A stretch of 64,000 nucleotides of DNA, from assembly GCA_001794025.1 (NCBI GenBank), contig MGJA01000007.1, positions 219 to 64,218 on the forward strand. Reading direction: 5' to 3'. Position 1 is the stretch's first letter. Each line of letters opens with the position of its first letter. A program made the translations under genes and the position numbers. The DNA is from Candidatus Yanofskybacteria bacterium RIFCSPHIGHO2_01_FULL_41_21 (GTDB taxonomy: Bacteria > Patescibacteriota > Minisyncoccia > 2-02-FULL-40-12 > GWA2-44-9). The notes under the pieces were generated by a model, which saw only the letters and a list, made by a program, of their open reading frames with translations, was not told the origin of the DNA and ran no database searches. Positions 39,108 through 48,967 of the stretch are shown here, in pieces.

Positions 39108-39779
39108 ATGATTGACCCACAAATACTTGATTATGTTAACCAGCAAATAACTGCTGGCATCAGTGTAGAAGAAATTAGGAAATCTCTTCTAAGTTCCGGA
39201 TGGCAAGAAGGGGATATTAATGATGCCCTAAGTCGGGCTAATTCATTTTCAGTCACAACTAATCCGACGAGGGCAAATCGTGAACTAAACAGAAAACTTT
39301 TAATATTAATATTGGCTGGGATTTTGATTATTGGGGGAAGCGCTCTTGGTTATTTTTATTACAGTAAAAATAATGCAGTAACGCTTAGCCCCACACCAAC
39401 CGAAATGCCGACCCCAACAATGACTCCCTCCACTACGCAACCGGTGCCAACACCGACTCAAAGCCCAAATCCTAAAACGGTTTCTGATGTTGTGGCTGAT
39501 AATTTGAGAGTTGCGCGAGCTAAAAGCATTCAGACTGGGTTTAAACAAGATATAAACAATAATAAGATAGCTCAAGCCACTGGAGAGAACGTTCCGGACT
39601 GGCAGTATCCAAGCACATTAGGCAATTCCACGAGTGTGTCTGACCCGGTTACTGGGAAGTCCTTTGAATATAAGGTAGATAGTGATGGTAAAGATTATAT
39701 ATTATGTATTACTCTTAGTGTAAAAGGGGAAATCTGTGGTAAAAGTGATATGAACTGGTCACTATATATCACTAAATAA
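39108..39779 (+). CDS. hypothetical membrane-anchored protein with PT-rich linker
   Basis: N-terminal helical domain, one TM helix (LLILILAGILIIGGSALGYFYY), a TPTEMPTPTMTPSTTQPVPTPTQSP linker, and a C-terminal domain. Confidence 0.5.
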   Translation: MIDPQILDYVNQQITAGISVEEIRKSLLSSGWQEGDINDALSRANSFSVTTNPTRANRELNRKLLILILAGILIIGGSALGYFYYSKNNAVTLSPTPTEMPTPTMTPSTTQPVPTPTQSPNPKTVSDVVADNLRVARAKSIQTGFKQDINNNKIAQATGENVPDWQYPSTLGNSTSVSDPVTGKSFEYKVDSDGKDYILCITLSVKGEICGKSDMNWSLYITK

Positions 39780-39922
39780 TTCTAATCAATCTTCGCCGAG
39801 CCAATAGATAAGCTTGGTATAAACAAAGACACAAGACAGGTCATCCAACCCTCCTTCGCGTAAAGCTTCGGATGGGCGAAGTAGGTTCTAAATATCGTCC
39901 ACTACCCTCCGCAACCACCTTA

Positions 39923-39944
39923 AAACCGGCCTAGGCCGGTTTTA
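39923..39944. terminator. bidirectional hairpin terminator
   Basis: Perfect palindrome aaaaccggcc-tag-ggccggtttt. Confidence 0.5.
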
Positions 39945-39962
39945 GATTGGGGCTCGTTTTCG

Positions 39963-40094
39963 TTATGTCAGCATCTTAAAGATGAAGACAATTAGAGCTA
40001 TTACGAGCAAGGTATGAATCAGGCCACCACCAACCTTGAAACTATACCCAAGGAGCCAAAGAACTACCAAAATTATGACAATTGTTTCAAGCAT
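39963..40094 (-). CDS. small membrane protein (lmo0937/DUF5670-like, 43 aa)
   Basis: MLETIVIILVVLWLLGYSFKVGGGLIHTLLVIALIVFIFKMLT. It is below the ORF-track length cutoff and was found by hand translation. Confidence 0.45.
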   Translation of the reverse strand: MLETIVIILVVLWLLGYSFKVGGGLIHTLLVIALIVFIFKMLT

Positions 40095-40226
40095 ATGTTT
40101 ATATTACTCATTACAATAGTATATGTCGTACAGAACGTTATTCCATTACAAGAGTATCACAAAAATAGAATTAACCCTCTGTAACATATAAGAGGGAAGA
40201 TCGTCATCATAAGTAAGAAACATTAA

Positions 40227-40631
40227 ATGTTCTATCCTCCTCTGCCAAGCGTGGGGCAGGATAGAAATCAACATATGGATTCATACAATTCGCCCAGTAC
40301 AAAGCCACTATTTAAAGGCACCCAGATTGTCTGGTACGTTCTTTCGGTTCTAGAGGTAATACTTCTTTTTCGTTTTCTATTAAAACTAACGGGAGCAAAT
40401 GCCGGAGCCGGATTTACAAGTTTCATCTATGGACTTAGCCAGCCATTTATAGCTCCCTTTGCGGCGGTTTTCCAAAAGACCAATATCCAAGGCAGTGTTT
40501 TTGAATGGACTACGCTCTTGGCAATGATTGTGTACTGGATTGTGGCGGTAGGTATTATCCGACTATTTCTAATGAGTAAGACAGTGTCAACACCTGAAGC
40601 CGCAGCCAAATTAGATGAAAATGATTCTTAA
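40227..40631 (+). CDS. hypothetical integral membrane protein
   Basis: Three predicted TM helices. Confidence 0.45.
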   Translation: MFYPPLPSVGQDRNQHMDSYNSPSTKPLFKGTQIVWYVLSVLEVILLFRFLLKLTGANAGAGFTSFIYGLSQPFIAPFAAVFQKTNIQGSVFEWTTLLAMIVYWIVAVGIIRLFLMSKTVSTPEAAAKLDENDS

Positions 40632-40642
40632 ATAAAACAAAA

Positions 40643-41038
40643 ATGTTTCGGTCCATAATCACAAAACTGCAAAATCTTAAACTCCAGCAAGATATGCGGG
40701 ATGTGGTTGAATATATAGACCTTCGGTACCATGAGCGGTCTTTGTTTACGTTAGGTGTCTCGCTTTTGGCAATTATTGTTTTTACTGGAGGATTATTTTT
40801 CTGGTCTTCTCAACTCAGTTTTGTCTTTGGAAGAAATTATAATCAAAACGAACTAGCAGTAGCCAGATCTGGTTTACAAACCATAAAACGAATGGTGGGG
40901 GACCAACAGGCCTGGTCAAAAAGCATTCAAGAAGAATACAATAGGATTTTTGTGGGCAATACTACAAAGATGCAACCAATTAGTTATGGCGAAAGCTTCA
41001 TTGGGGATGAACATTCAACTAACATGTCCCTAGAATGA
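40643..41038 (+). CDS. hypothetical membrane protein
   Basis: One TM helix (LGVSLLAIIVFTGGLFFW). No recognisable family. Confidence 0.4.
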   Translation: MFRSIITKLQNLKLQQDMRDVVEYIDLRYHERSLFTLGVSLLAIIVFTGGLFFWSSQLSFVFGRNYNQNELAVARSGLQTIKRMVGDQQAWSKSIQEEYNRIFVGNTTKMQPISYGESFIGDEHSTNMSLE

Positions 41039-41066
41039 GGTGTCCGAACGAGTGATCTCCCCTTGT

Positions 41067-41600
41067 TTATTTAGAAGCGTATAACAACTTAAGTTTCTCA
41101 AGGCCCCTGTGTAACTGGACAGCGATGGTGTTTTTTGATTTTCCAGTAATGAGAGAAATTTCTTTAAGTGACAGATCTTGTACATAACGCATTCGCATCA
41201 CTTTTTGATACATTTTTGGAAGACGCTGAATTAAAAACAGGGCGGCCTTTCCGTCTAAAATATTGTGGAGACGCCCGGAATCGTCAGAGCTTGGTTCAAA
41301 TCCTTTTTCCAACAGAACATCAAGTGAAACTGTTTTGTGTTTTCTATATTCATCCACAATAAGGTTATTGAGAACGTGAAAGAGGAAGGCCTTCATTAAG
41401 TCAATTTTCCCGCCTTTGACCAAATAGGCCCATGTTTTTACAAAAGTGTCTTGTACTAAATCCTCACCCAAAGCGTGATTGTGGATCTTAAAAAAGGCAT
41501 ATAAATTAAGAGATTTTTCAAAATCATGATGGGCTTTAGTTAGAACTTTCTGTTGTTGTGCTTCTTTTTTTGATGCTATCATAAATCTTGACCGAAGCAT
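41067..41600 (-). CDS. RNA polymerase sigma-70 factor, ECF subfamily
   Basis: Region 2 (DLVQDTFVKTW...) and region 4 HTH (LSLKEISLITGKSKNTIAVQLHRG). Confidence 0.8.
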   Translation of the reverse strand: MLRSRFMIASKKEAQQQKVLTKAHHDFEKSLNLYAFFKIHNHALGEDLVQDTFVKTWAYLVKGGKIDLMKAFLFHVLNNLIVDEYRKHKTVSLDVLLEKGFEPSSDDSGRLHNILDGKAALFLIQRLPKMYQKVMRMRYVQDLSLKEISLITGKSKNTIAVQLHRGLEKLKLLYASK

Positions 41601-41661
41601 GACACACTAAATACACTATGGCAAGGTGTAATAATTATGATTTTATTACGGCTTTACTAGT

Positions 41662-42243
41662 ATGAAAAAAATTAAAAAAACCACAAAAAAGACCTCCAAA
41701 CACGTTGGGACTGATTTTGTTGGACATTTATGGCAAGAAAGTTGGACCTACATCAAAACAGTGGTTGATGTAGTACGAGAACCGATTTTAATTCTTGACC
41801 AGGACCTTCGTGTAATGACCGCTAACGAATCTTTCTACCGAATGTTTCAAGTTGAACCCAAAGACACCGAAAATAAGGTTGTCTACGAACTTGGGAACGG
41901 ACAATGGAATATCCCTTCTCTCCGAAAACTTCTGGAAAATATTCTACCTAAAAACACATTTTTTAAGGGTTTTGAAGTTGCCCATGAGTTTCCTTCCATC
42001 GGACGCAAAGTTATGATTTTAAATGCCCGCCAAATTCACCCCAAAGAGGATAAGGTTTCCGGAATATTTCCCCCTATTATTCTTTTGGCAATAGAGGATG
42101 TCAGTGATATGATGGTCATCGCCGAAACCCTTGCCGGTCATGTAAACCAGCTGGAAGCCAAGCATACGGACCGAACTAAAAAATTAGAAATTCATATCGG
42201 TAAATTACATAAAGAAATCAGCAAACTCAAAAAAAGGCCGTAA
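41662..42243 (+). CDS. PAS-domain protein
   Basis: PAS-fold pattern (ILILDQDLRVMTANESFYRMFQVEP...VVYEL). Confidence 0.55.
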   Translation: MKKIKKTTKKTSKHVGTDFVGHLWQESWTYIKTVVDVVREPILILDQDLRVMTANESFYRMFQVEPKDTENKVVYELGNGQWNIPSLRKLLENILPKNTFFKGFEVAHEFPSIGRKVMILNARQIHPKEDKVSGIFPPIILLAIEDVSDMMVIAETLAGHVNQLEAKHTDRTKKLEIHIGKLHKEISKLKKRP

Positions 42244-42252
42244 AAATATCTT

Positions 42253-42960
42253 TCACCCTCGCGCAATGGCCAGGGCAATGACCGATACCGCGCCCGCGTC
42301 TTTCAAGACGCGGGCGCATTCGTTGAGGGTGGCACCGGTTGTACAGACATCATCAACCAAAATTACATGACGATCCTTGAAAACTTCGGGCTTTTTACAT
42401 TTATACAGTCCTTGGACATTTAAAAGACGCTTGGGCCTGTTTTCAAGTTTGGCTTGAGGGATACTATCAACGGAACGAACTAATCCCTCGCCAATATCCA
42501 GACGATAATGACGAGCAATCAACCGAGCTAATAATTCGGCCTGATTAAATCCCCGCCAATATTCACGCTTTTTATGGAGCGGAACCGGGACCAATAGGGG
42601 ATTATTTTGAGCCATGGAAAAATGGTCCCGTTTAGCAAGGTGGTCTAGATATTTAAAAGATAACTGACTAAGAGGTTGGGCTAAATCATGCAAAAAATGA
42701 TACTTAAAAAGTTTAATAGTAGAAGCAACTGCGGGGTTTTTAAAATCACTTGCCACCAAGAGTTGATCTACGGCATATGAGTCCCGACAAAAGGTGCAGG
42801 TCTTACCTAAAGGCGTCGGACGTTGACAACCGATACATTCATTTTGTTTTTTGATGGGTAAAGAATTAAAACAAGAACGACAAAAATATTCATGATTCAA
42901 ATATTTTCCACAAACGATACATCGATAAGGAAAGACAAGGTCAATAAACCATTTAAACAT
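42253..42960 (-). CDS. comF: ComF-family protein (double zinc ribbon + phosphoribosyltransferase domain)
   Basis: N-terminal CxxC pairs and the C-terminal PRTase motif VILVDDVCTTGATL. Confidence 0.8.
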   Translation of the reverse strand: MFKWFIDLVFPYRCIVCGKYLNHEYFCRSCFNSLPIKKQNECIGCQRPTPLGKTCTFCRDSYAVDQLLVASDFKNPAVASTIKLFKYHFLHDLAQPLSQLSFKYLDHLAKRDHFSMAQNNPLLVPVPLHKKREYWRGFNQAELLARLIARHYRLDIGEGLVRSVDSIPQAKLENRPKRLLNVQGLYKCKKPEVFKDRHVILVDDVCTTGATLNECARVLKDAGAVSVIALAIARG

Positions 42961-43065
42961 AGTCGGGTAGTGGGCTCACTTTCATACTTATACGAAAGTA
43001 TGGGGATAAATCATGACATTGACAAAAGATTCTTGTGATATACTTGATTTAGTTAATCTCTCTGT

Positions 43066-44133
43066 ATGTTTAATCTTTTTGGATCAAAAAGCAAACTCGG
43101 TATTGATATAGGTACCGCTTCGATTAAAATCGTTGAGCTTGAAACCAATAGTAATCGCTTCACGCTTAAAAACTATGGTCTGTTTGAAATGAAGAACAAC
43201 AAGAATGCCAACAATAGTCCGACTGCTCAAGCGGGGGAGCAAAGTATTTTAAAACTTCCTGACAGTGAAATTATTTGGGGGATTAAAGAAGTTCTTAGTA
43301 AGTCCAAAATATCCGGCCGTGATGTTGTTGCCTCTATCCCGGCTTTCTCAACTTTTGCTACCGTCATTCAAATGCCATATCTGTCCGAAGATGAGCTGGC
43401 TAAAGCCATTCCATTTGAGGCCCGTAAATATGTACCCATTCCTCTTGAAGAAGTTATATTGGACTGGTCTATTATTGGTGTTACCGGTGAAAGCACTAAA
43501 CCAACGGTAGAAATCTTTCTTGCCGCCGTTCCTAAAGATGAAACGGCCCGCTATCAAGGCATAATGGCTGGCGCCGGATTAAATTTAAAAGCGCTGGAAT
43601 TGGAAAACTCCTCTCTTATCCGAGCCCTTCTTGGTAATGACCTCGCCCCAACAGCAATCGTAAATATCGGGGGACGAAGTACGTCAATCGTCATCGTTAG
43701 TAAGGGTTACGAACGTCTTTCCCATAATTACGAAGTTGGCGGATTTGAAATCACCAAGAGTATCTCCCGTTCCCTAAATATCAGCATTGAAAAAGCCGAC
43801 GAACTCAAAAAACGTCTGGGAATGAAACCGAACGATGAAAATATTATCAATGAAGCCATGAGCGCCCTTATTGATATGATGGCTTTTGAAACCAAAAAAA
43901 CCATAAGTTCGTTTGAAAATTCCCGAGGCGAGAAAGTGGCCCGCATATTATTGGTCGGGGGAATGGTCAACATGCCCAATTTCCTGAATTATTTTAAACA
44001 AAAACTTGGCCAAGAAGTATTCGCCGGAAATGCTTTTGCCCGAATCGTCTATCCCCAAGGTCTTGCCCCGGCAATTGGAGAACTGGCCAGTACTTTTGCT
44101 GTAGCCGCGGGTCTGGCAATGCGAGATATATAA
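43066..44133 (+). CDS. pilM: type IV pilus assembly protein PilM
   Basis: Actin-like ATPase fold with the PilM N-terminus (GIDIGTASIKIVELE). Confidence 0.85.
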   Translation: MFNLFGSKSKLGIDIGTASIKIVELETNSNRFTLKNYGLFEMKNNKNANNSPTAQAGEQSILKLPDSEIIWGIKEVLSKSKISGRDVVASIPAFSTFATVIQMPYLSEDELAKAIPFEARKYVPIPLEEVILDWSIIGVTGESTKPTVEIFLAAVPKDETARYQGIMAGAGLNLKALELENSSLIRALLGNDLAPTAIVNIGGRSTSIVIVSKGYERLSHNYEVGGFEITKSISRSLNISIEKADELKKRLGMKPNDENIINEAMSALIDMMAFETKKTISSFENSRGEKVARILLVGGMVNMPNFLNYFKQKLGQEVFAGNAFARIVYPQGLAPAIGELASTFAVAAGLAMRDI

Positions 44134-44412
44134 GTAGCCGTCCAAGAGCAAAGCGATTGGTAACGGGTACTTACCCGCCTCTGGCGGGTCCAACAAATAA
44201 ACATGTTGACAACAAAAGACACGAAAGTGAAATAGTGGGATATAATATATAAAAGAATCGATTTAATTTTTATAAATGGCCGGGTAGTGAAAATTCGACT
44301 GGTTTTCTTTAGTGCCATTCGTAATACTACATCCGATCATAATAATCTAGATATTCGTACATTGTAGCTAACCTAAGAAAACGCTAGCGCAAGTCGAATT
44401 TCTACTATCCCG

Positions 44413-44967
44413 GTGGCCGATAAAGGCGGACTACAATTACTCCCCGAGACCAGAAAGAAGATAGACATTAAAATTCCCGGAGAAAATAGATTGATTCTCA
44501 TAGGCATTGGTCTTGTTGTTTTGGTATTACTATTTGCTGGAGGGTTGTGGATGTATAGCAATAATCTCACTGACCAAATCAGTACCGCCGACAAACAACT
44601 CGCCGACCTGGAGGCCCAGCGCGATAAAAAAGTTGAACAAAATTTAGTCACCCTTTCCAAACAAATTGTTTTAACTAGTCGGATTCTTGAAGATCATATC
44701 TATTGGTCTACGGGATTCTCTAAAATTGAATCTGCCCAACAAAGTAACGTTCAGTTTAAATCACTTTCGGCCGTCTTAGGCGAGAAAAGTATCCGTGTCA
44801 GAGCCCTTAGTGATAACTACACCACTATCGCCAGACAATTGGCCGCCTTTGTGGCTGATAATTCAGTTAAAGATGTCTCTCTTGATAGTGTCAGCACGCT
44901 TACATCCGGTAAACTGGACTTCAATATCAAGATTAAGTTTGATGAGACCAAATTCTTAAAAAATTAA
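44413..44967 (+). CDS. pilN: PilN-like pilus assembly protein
   Basis: Single N-terminal TM helix, then a coiled-coil and periplasmic domain. Position is immediately after pilM. Confidence 0.6.
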   Translation: MADKGGLQLLPETRKKIDIKIPGENRLILIGIGLVVLVLLFAGGLWMYSNNLTDQISTADKQLADLEAQRDKKVEQNLVTLSKQIVLTSRILEDHIYWSTGFSKIESAQQSNVQFKSLSAVLGEKSIRVRALSDNYTTIARQLAAFVADNSVKDVSLDSVSTLTSGKLDFNIKIKFDETKFLKN

Positions 44968-45085
44968 TTCATCCCGTTAGAAGTGAGCCCTACAAATAAA
45001 ATTATGAAAATCATTAAATCACACATATGTAATTTGCCACCACTACAATATGGTGGACAATTCGTAACACTTCTAACGGGATGAA
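44968..45085 (+). promoter_or_regulatory. intercistronic inverted-repeat element (18-bp perfect arms) enclosing the pilO start codon
   Basis: ttcatcccgttagaagtg ...(inner hairpin ccacca/tggtgg)... cacttctaacgggATGaa. The left arm begins right after the pilN stop and the right arm contains the pilO ATG. Confidence 0.6.
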
Positions 45086-45611
45086 TTTATACAGAACATA
45101 CATTGGAGCCACCCTCGTTGCCATCGCCGGAATTATTTTCTGGACAATGGTTGTGCCGGCTTATGATGATATCCTTGTTAAACGCGACGCTATCGCGGAG
45201 AGAACCGATATCATTAAGACCAGAAGCGATATTTTATCCAATATTAAGGCCTTGAGTTTAGAATATTCCAATAAAGCCACGGATATAACCCGTTTTGCAT
45301 CCATGGTACCCGAAAAAAAGGGCGTACCGGAACTTCTTTCTTCTATTCAAGCCCTTGCCACTCAAAATGGACTCCAACTCACAACAATTGCTTTAAGTGA
45401 AAATAGTAATCCTGGAGCAGCAGATTATCAAACACAATTAATTGACCTTGGTCTTAATGGTGGCTATCTGGCCTTTAAATCTTTCCTAATGGCTCTTGAA
45501 AGAAACATCCGTCTCATTGATATTATATCTATAAGTGCCAGTCCGGTTTCTGAAGATTCTCCGATTATAAATTTTAGTATTAAGGGGAATGCTTATTATT
45601 TAAAACAATGA
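45081..45611 (+). CDS. pilO: PilO-like pilus assembly protein
   Basis: N-terminal TM helix, then a coiled-coil and periplasmic domain, placed after pilN. Confidence 0.6.
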   Translation: MNLYRTYIGATLVAIAGIIFWTMVVPAYDDILVKRDAIAERTDIIKTRSDILSNIKALSLEYSNKATDITRFASMVPEKKGVPELLSSIQALATQNGLQLTTIALSENSNPGAADYQTQLIDLGLNGGYLAFKSFLMALERNIRLIDIISISASPVSEDSPIINFSIKGNAYYLKQ

Positions 45612-45883
45612 CACCCTCACAATCATCTTCAAAACTTTATATTGCCCTCATTGTCCTAGTCGGACTTATCGGTGGTTATATTATTTACAGTCAATGGATA
45701 AAACCTACCGAGGCGATGATACCGCCACCAACTGTCGGAAGTCAGGATGGCTTGTCAACGCTTAAAAATCTAAAAATAGATTTCAAGGTCCTTGATAATT
45801 CCACCTACAAAGGGCTTATCACCTCCGGTGAATCACCCGTCAATCCCGGGATAACCGGCAAGAAAGACATCTTTGCACCATAA
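45608..45883 (+). CDS. hypothetical small membrane protein in pilus operon
   Basis: One TM helix. Overlaps the pilO stop by 4 nt. Confidence 0.4.
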   Translation: MTPSQSSSKLYIALIVLVGLIGGYIIYSQWIKPTEAMIPPPTVGSQDGLSTLKNLKIDFKVLDNSTYKGLITSGESPVNPGITGKKDIFAP

Positions 45884-46000
45884 GCTTTTGTCCAAGAACG
45901 CGGTGATTGGTTACAAAAGTTTACCCCCTCACTCTTTTCAGCTTGAGTGAGGGGGTGACAAGTTTCTAGCAACTCAGCGTCGCAGCAACTGCTCGCTTCG

Positions 46001-47770
46001 TTGAGAAACATAGTCATGCCTCAACAAATACCCACGACTCTATTCCAAGAACTCATCAGGACCAAGATTATTACTCCTGAACAGGGTGAAAATATTCAAG
46101 ATATAGCCAAGAAAGAGGGGGGGGACTTGGGTCAAATTTTAATTGGACAAGAAATTATATCCGATGAAGATCTCGCCACCCTTAAATCAAAACTCTACCG
46201 ACTGCCAATTATGCATCTCGCGGATATTGAGCTTAGCCACGAGGCCCTCAAAGACGTCGGGGAAAACGTGGTCAATTTTTACAAAATCACGCCTTTTGGA
46301 AAAGAAAACTCGGTTCTTAGGGTTGGTGTTCTAAACCCGGAAGACGTTGAGGCCTTGGAAGCCCTAAAATTTGTCGCTGCCGATAAGGGTCTTACTCTTG
46401 AGAAATACGTCATTACTTACAAGGACTTCAATGCCATCACAAGAAACTATCGGACTCTTTCCGGAGAAGTCGGAAAAGCGATTGAATCACTCAATGAAGA
46501 ATTTGATAAAAAAGTTACGGTTGCCCCCGGCCAAGGTCTAGAAGAAATAACCGCTGAAGCGCCGGTTACCAAAATCGTGGCGGTCGTTATTCGTCACGCC
46601 GTTGAATCACGGGCTTCGGATATCCATATTGAACCCTTTGAGGACCGAGTTCGGGTCAGGTTTCGTATTGACGGCATTCTTGTTATCGCTCTCACTCTCC
46701 CCAAAAACCTGGCCTCGGCCGTGGTTACGCGTATCAAGATTTTATCAGACCTAAAAATTGATGAGACCCGGTTGGCCCAAGACGGCCGATTCTCTACCCG
46801 CCTCAATGACCGCAAGGTTGACTTTCGTGTCTCAACTTTTCCCACCAAAAATGGAGAAAAAGTCGTGATGCGTATTTTAGATCCGCTTTCCGGTTCAATT
46901 GATTTGCCTGATTTGGGTCTTGATGGACGTTCTTTGGAAGTTGTTGTTAGGGCTATGGCTAAACCATTCGGTTCCATTCTTATTACCGGCCCGACTGGTT
47001 CCGGTAAATCAACCACGCTTGCCGGAATGCTCAAACGTATCAACACTGATGATTTAAATATTGTTACGCTTGAAGACCCGATTGAGTATTATGTAGATGG
47101 TGTCAACCAATCCCAGATTCATGAAGAAATCGGATATACTTTTGCTTCAGGATTACGCCACATTCTTCGTCAGGACCCTGACGTCATTATGGTGGGAGAG
47201 ATCAGAGACAAGGAAACGGCTTCTTTGGCCACCCAGGCCGCTTTGACGGGCCACATCGTGCTTTCTACACTCCACACCAATGACGCTATTGGTGTCGTAC
47301 CCCGTCTTATTGATATGGGTGTTGAGAAATATCTTATTCCCTCCACATTAAACGTCGCGGCCGCTCAACGTCTATTACGTCGATTATGTACGGAATGCAA
47401 ACTAAAGGTTAAGGCCAACCCGGCCGAGACGGTTATCATTGAGACCGCCCTAAAAGATATGCCCGCTTCTTATCAAAAAGAATTTTTATCAAAAAATGGT
47501 TATGAAATCCATAAACCCAACCTTGAAAATCCCTGTAAGGTCTGTGGCGGTAAGGCCTTCAAAGGACGATTGGGTATTTTTGAAATGATGGAAATGACAA
47601 CCGAGTTTGAAAAGATAATTCTGGGGAATATTTCCGAATCGGATATGCGCGCCGAGGCTAAGCGTCAAGAAATGATAACGATGTTTCAGGATGGCATTTT
47701 AAAAGTACTGAAAGGTGTAGTATCATTAGAGGAACTACTGGAAGTCGCTCAAGCGGGGGAGAGCGCCTAA
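46001..47770 (+). CDS. pilB: type IV pilus assembly ATPase PilB (GspE family)
   Basis: GSPII_E N-terminal domain, Walker A GPTGSGKSTT, Asp and His boxes, and a tetracysteine motif. Confidence 0.9.
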   Translation: MRNIVMPQQIPTTLFQELIRTKIITPEQGENIQDIAKKEGGDLGQILIGQEIISDEDLATLKSKLYRLPIMHLADIELSHEALKDVGENVVNFYKITPFGKENSVLRVGVLNPEDVEALEALKFVAADKGLTLEKYVITYKDFNAITRNYRTLSGEVGKAIESLNEEFDKKVTVAPGQGLEEITAEAPVTKIVAVVIRHAVESRASDIHIEPFEDRVRVRFRIDGILVIALTLPKNLASAVVTRIKILSDLKIDETRLAQDGRFSTRLNDRKVDFRVSTFPTKNGEKVVMRILDPLSGSIDLPDLGLDGRSLEVVVRAMAKPFGSILITGPTGSGKSTTLAGMLKRINTDDLNIVTLEDPIEYYVDGVNQSQIHEEIGYTFASGLRHILRQDPDVIMVGEIRDKETASLATQAALTGHIVLSTLHTNDAIGVVPRLIDMGVEKYLIPSTLNVAAAQRLLRRLCTECKLKVKANPAETVIIETALKDMPASYQKEFLSKNGYEIHKPNLENPCKVCGGKAFKGRLGIFEMMEMTTEFEKIILGNISESDMRAEAKRQEMITMFQDGILKVLKGVVSLEELLEVAQAGESA

Positions 47771-47804
47771 TCAATTCCTAAGTCCTAATTTCTAATTCCT
47801 AATA

Positions 47805-48875
47805 ATGAACGATCCACAAAAGTATCTTGAAGAATTAATGGCAACCGCCACCCAAAATGGTGCCTCGGATTTACATCTTTCACCTTCAGTTCATCCAACA
47901 ATCCGGGTGGACAGTCGTCTTGTCCCTCTCGTAAATCACGAAATTTTAAGTTCAGAAAATTTAAAAGAAATCATCTCCGCCCTTCTTGGCCCAAACCGTT
48001 TGGCTCGTTTCGTTTCAGAAAAAGAATTGGACTTCTCAATTGAGATGAACAGAAACCGTTATCGTGTTAACGCTTATCAGACCAAGGGATCCTACGCAGC
48101 CACTCTTCGACTTATTCCAACCCAGATTAAGACCTTAGCCGAACTTAATCTGCCTCCGATACTAAACATATTTACTAAACTTTCCCAAGGATTTGTCCTT
48201 GTTGTTGGCCCAAACGGTCAAGGCAAATCAACAACTCTGGCCAGCATGCTTAGTACCATCAACAAAGAAAGAGGCGAAAAAATAATCACTATTGAAGATC
48301 CCATTGAATATATTTTCACACCGGAAAAAAGTATTGTGGACCAACGGGAAATTGATCAAGATACACTTTCTTTTGATAAGGCCATTCGGGCTTCATTAAG
48401 AGAAAATGTTAACGTCCTTTTGTTAAGTGATATGAGGGATTATGAGACCATGAGCGCGGCCATTACCGCTGCCGAGACCGGCCATCTAGTTTTTGCCACT
48501 TTACATACCAATAGTGCTTCTCAAACGGTTGAACGAATCATCGGAAGCTTCCCACCAAATCAACAGGCACAAATTAGAAGCCAACTCGCTTCTACTATCT
48601 CCGGAGTTATATCCCAACGTCTCATTCCCAGAATTCAGGGTGGCCTTATTCCGGCAGTGGAAGTCATGATTGCCACCTCCGCGATTCGGACTATTATTAG
48701 AGACAACAAGCCCAGACAGCTTGATCAAACCATTGAAACCAGTCAAAACGTCGGCATGATATCGTTAGATAAATCACTGGCTGATTTAGTCAGAAGAAAA
48801 GAGATAAGCTTGGAGCGGGCTGAATTCTATTCTATAAACCCGGAACTCATGCGAACCTATAATCAAAATCAATAG
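47805..48875 (+). CDS. pilT: twitching motility ATPase PilT
   Basis: Walker A GPNGQGKSTT and the PilT-type C-terminal region. Confidence 0.9.
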   Translation: MNDPQKYLEELMATATQNGASDLHLSPSVHPTIRVDSRLVPLVNHEILSSENLKEIISALLGPNRLARFVSEKELDFSIEMNRNRYRVNAYQTKGSYAATLRLIPTQIKTLAELNLPPILNIFTKLSQGFVLVVGPNGQGKSTTLASMLSTINKERGEKIITIEDPIEYIFTPEKSIVDQREIDQDTLSFDKAIRASLRENVNVLLLSDMRDYETMSAAITAAETGHLVFATLHTNSASQTVERIIGSFPPNQQAQIRSQLASTISGVISQRLIPRIQGGLIPAVEVMIATSAIRTIIRDNKPRQLDQTIETSQNVGMISLDKSLADLVRRKEISLERAEFYSINPELMRTYNQNQ

Positions 48876-48967
48876 AATAGCCCTCCTACGCTAAAGCTTC
48901 GGACGGGCACTTCTTCGCTCACCAGCAAGAAATGCCTGCACTTCGAAGCTCCAGCAGGAGCGAAGAA

